A DNA stretch of 33,353 bases from an uncultured Methylococcaceae bacterium. GTDB lineage: Bacteria; Pseudomonadota; Gammaproteobacteria; Methylococcales; Methylomonadaceae. Of this stretch, positions 31,673 to 33,353 are shown in pieces (positions within the stretch are counted from its first letter, which is position 1; each line of letters starts with the position of its first letter). Made by a program: the position numbers and the translations under genes. Where the stretch lies: contig CAIQND010000500.1 in the NCBI GenBank assembly GCA_903873045.1, positions 1 to 33,353 of the forward strand, written 5' to 3'. The notes under the pieces are model-generated. The model was not told where the DNA came from and searched no databases. It saw only the letters and a program-made list of their open reading frames with translations.

Positions 31673-32855
31673 GTATTGATGCAACAACACCCGCACCGAC
31701 TGTACGACCACCTTCACGAATTGCGAAACGCAAACCATCTTCCATAGCGATCGGTGATATCAATTTAACTTTTACTGATATATTATCACCAGGCATTACC
31801 ATTTCTACGCCTTCTGGCAGATCAACCGCTCCGGTCACATCAGTCGTTCTAAAATAGAATTGTGGACGATAACCATTAAAGAATGGAGTATGACGCCCAC
31901 CTTCTTCTTTTGATAATATATATATTTCTGCGTTAAAGAAAGCGTGTGGCTTAATGGTGCCTTTGTGCGCCAAAACTTGACCACGCTCTACGTCGTCTCT
32001 TTTTGTGCCTCTCAACAGCAATCCTACGTTATCGCCAGCCTCACCTTGATCCAGCAACTTACGGAACATTTCAACGCCGGTAACGGTTGTAGTCACTGTT
32101 GGCCTGATCCCAACAATTTCAACTTCCTGACCGACTTTGATAATACCACGCTCAATACGTCCGGTAACTACGGTGCCACGACCTGAAATTGAGAACACAT
32201 CTTCAATAGGCATCAAGAATGCACCATCAACAGCTCTTTCCGGTAACGGAATGTAGCTATCCAGGGCTTCTACCAATTTAATAACTGAAGGCATGCCGAT
32301 TTCGCTTTCATCGCCTTGCAATGCCAGTAAGGCAGAGCCTCTGATGATAGGTGTGTCATCACCTGGAAACTCATACATATCCAGTAACTCTCTGAGCTCC
32401 ATCTCTACCAATTCGATCAACTCTTCATCGTCAACCATATCAGCTTTATTCAAGAACACAACCACATAAGGAACACCCACCTGCCTTGACAACAGAATAT
32501 GCTCTCTGGTTTGCGGCATTGGGCCGTCAGCGGCTGAACAGACAAGTATTGCGCCATCCATTTGTGCGGCACCCGTGATCATGTTTTTTACATAATCAGC
32601 ATGGCCTGGACAGTCAACGTGAGCATAGTGACGATTTGCAGATTCATATTCTACGTGTGACGTAGCAATTGTGATTCCGCGAGCCCGCTCTTCAGGTGCA
32701 TTATCAATTTGATCAAAAGCTTTAACTGCACCACCGTGCAATTTTGCCATGACTGTTGTCAATGCAGCAGTTAGTGTTGTTTTACCGTGGTCAACGTGAC
32801 CGATTGTGCCTACGTTTACGTGAGGCTTACTACGTGAAAATTTTTCTTTGGCCAT
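31665..32855 (-). CDS. tuf: Elongation factor Tu (tRNA-linked copy, tufB-equivalent)
   Basis: 396 aa, near-identical to the 15117-16307 copy; downstream of the Tyr-Gly-Thr tRNAs. Confidence 0.99.
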   Translation of the reverse strand: MAKEKFSRSKPHVNVGTIGHVDHGKTTLTAALTTVMAKLHGGAVKAFDQIDNAPEERARGITIATSHVEYESANRHYAHVDCPGHADYVKNMITGAAQMDGAILVCSAADGPMPQTREHILLSRQVGVPYVVVFLNKADMVDDEELIELVEMELRELLDMYEFPGDDTPIIRGSALLALQGDESEIGMPSVIKLVEALDSYIPLPERAVDGAFLMPIEDVFSISGRGTVVTGRIERGIIKVGQEVEIVGIRPTVTTTVTGVEMFRKLLDQGEAGDNVGLLLRGTKRDDVERGQVLAHKGTIKPHAFFNAEIYILSKEEGGRHTPFFNGYRPQFYFRTTDVTGAVDLPEGVEMVMPGDNISVKVKLISPIAMEDGLRFAIREGGRTVGAGVVASILE

Positions 32856-32889
32856 GATTCACACACCTAATAACAATCGCAATAAAACT

Positions 32890-32965
<76 letters not shown>

Positions 32966-32980
32966 TTAATCTCATAAATT

Positions 32981-33054
32981 TGGAGCGGGTGATGGGAATC
33001 GAACCCACGTGATCAGCTTGGAAGGCTGGAGTTCTACCATTGAACTACACCCGC
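32981..33054 (-). tRNA. tRNA-Gly (UCC)
   Basis: 74 nt GCGGGTG..CAGC-CTTCCAA-GCTG..GTTCGATT..CACCCGC-T-CCA. Confidence 0.97.
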
Positions 33055-33077
33055 AGATTTTTTTAAATTCAAGATGA

Positions 33078-33162
33078 TGGTGGAGGGGGGAGGATTCGAA
33101 CCTCCGAAGGCAGAGCCGGCAGATTTACAGTCTGATCCCTTTGGCCGCTCGGGAACCCCTCC
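33078..33162 (-). tRNA. tRNA-Tyr (GUA)
   Basis: 85 nt with long variable arm, GGAGGGG..CAGA-CTGTAAA-TCTG..GTTCGAAT..CCCCTCC-A-CCA. Confidence 0.97.
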
Positions 33163-33181
33163 TATATCGGGTAAGCTGACT

Positions 33182-33210
33182 ATTATCTTCCATCAGGAGA
33201 CATCTGTCAA
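33182..33210 (-). promoter_or_regulatory. Sigma70 promoter of the tRNA-tuf operon
   Basis: TTGACA (33210-33205), 17-bp spacer, GATAAT (33187-33182), with AT-rich upstream sequence; about 20 bp before tRNA-Tyr. Confidence 0.8.
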
Positions 33211-33353
33211 CGAATTATTTACTTAATTTCACCAGAAAAAGATTCAACTTATTATTTTCAATACAGTCACAGCAAATGAACACAACCTAAAAGACAAATA
33301 AAAACCTTAAAAATCAATGCTATTGAACAAATAACACAGGACATTGGAATCAC

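Noticed and set aside
476-32186. Numerous antisense or alternate-frame ORFs in the track (e.g. 1824-2207, 3794-4153, 9500-9943, 22730-23164, 25814-26218)
   Set aside because: They overlap conserved housekeeping genes and show no recognisable motifs, as expected for shadow ORFs. The duplicated ones (15100/31639, 15396/31944) simply mirror the tuf duplication.
33163-33353. Absence of tRNA-Thr(UGU) ahead of tRNA-Tyr compared with E. coli thrU-tyrU-glyT-thrT
   Set aside because: The Tyr-Gly-Thr-tuf-Trp-secE order is common outside enterobacteria. No tRNA-like fold or ORF is visible in this AT-rich tail.

Overview
This window is the core transcription/translation gene supercluster of an AT-rich gammaproteobacterium. 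The protein sequences look Methylococcaceae-like to me, which is an unchecked inference. On the minus strand, 41 protein genes and 4 tRNAs run contiguously: tRNA-Tyr, tRNA-Gly, tRNA-Thr, tuf, tRNA-Trp, secE, nusG, rplKAJL, rpoBC, str (rpsL-rpsG-fusA-tuf), S10, spc (including an rpmJ missed by the ORF track) and alpha (ending at rplQ). Three plus-strand genes at the left end (partial CYTH protein, exported TPR protein, 7Fe ferredoxin) converge on a bidirectional terminator. I found no mobile element gene, CRISPR array or new multi-gene system. The signals worth a second look are non-coding or residue-level: decayed GTAG/REP-like palindromes in several spacers, a long four-hairpin rpoB-rpoC spacer, a perfect 25-bp palindrome over the alpha-operon promoter, a tRNA-Trp with the Hirsh-type A24, two tuf copies differing at six residues, and missing or remodelled ribosomal-protein autoregulatory leaders.
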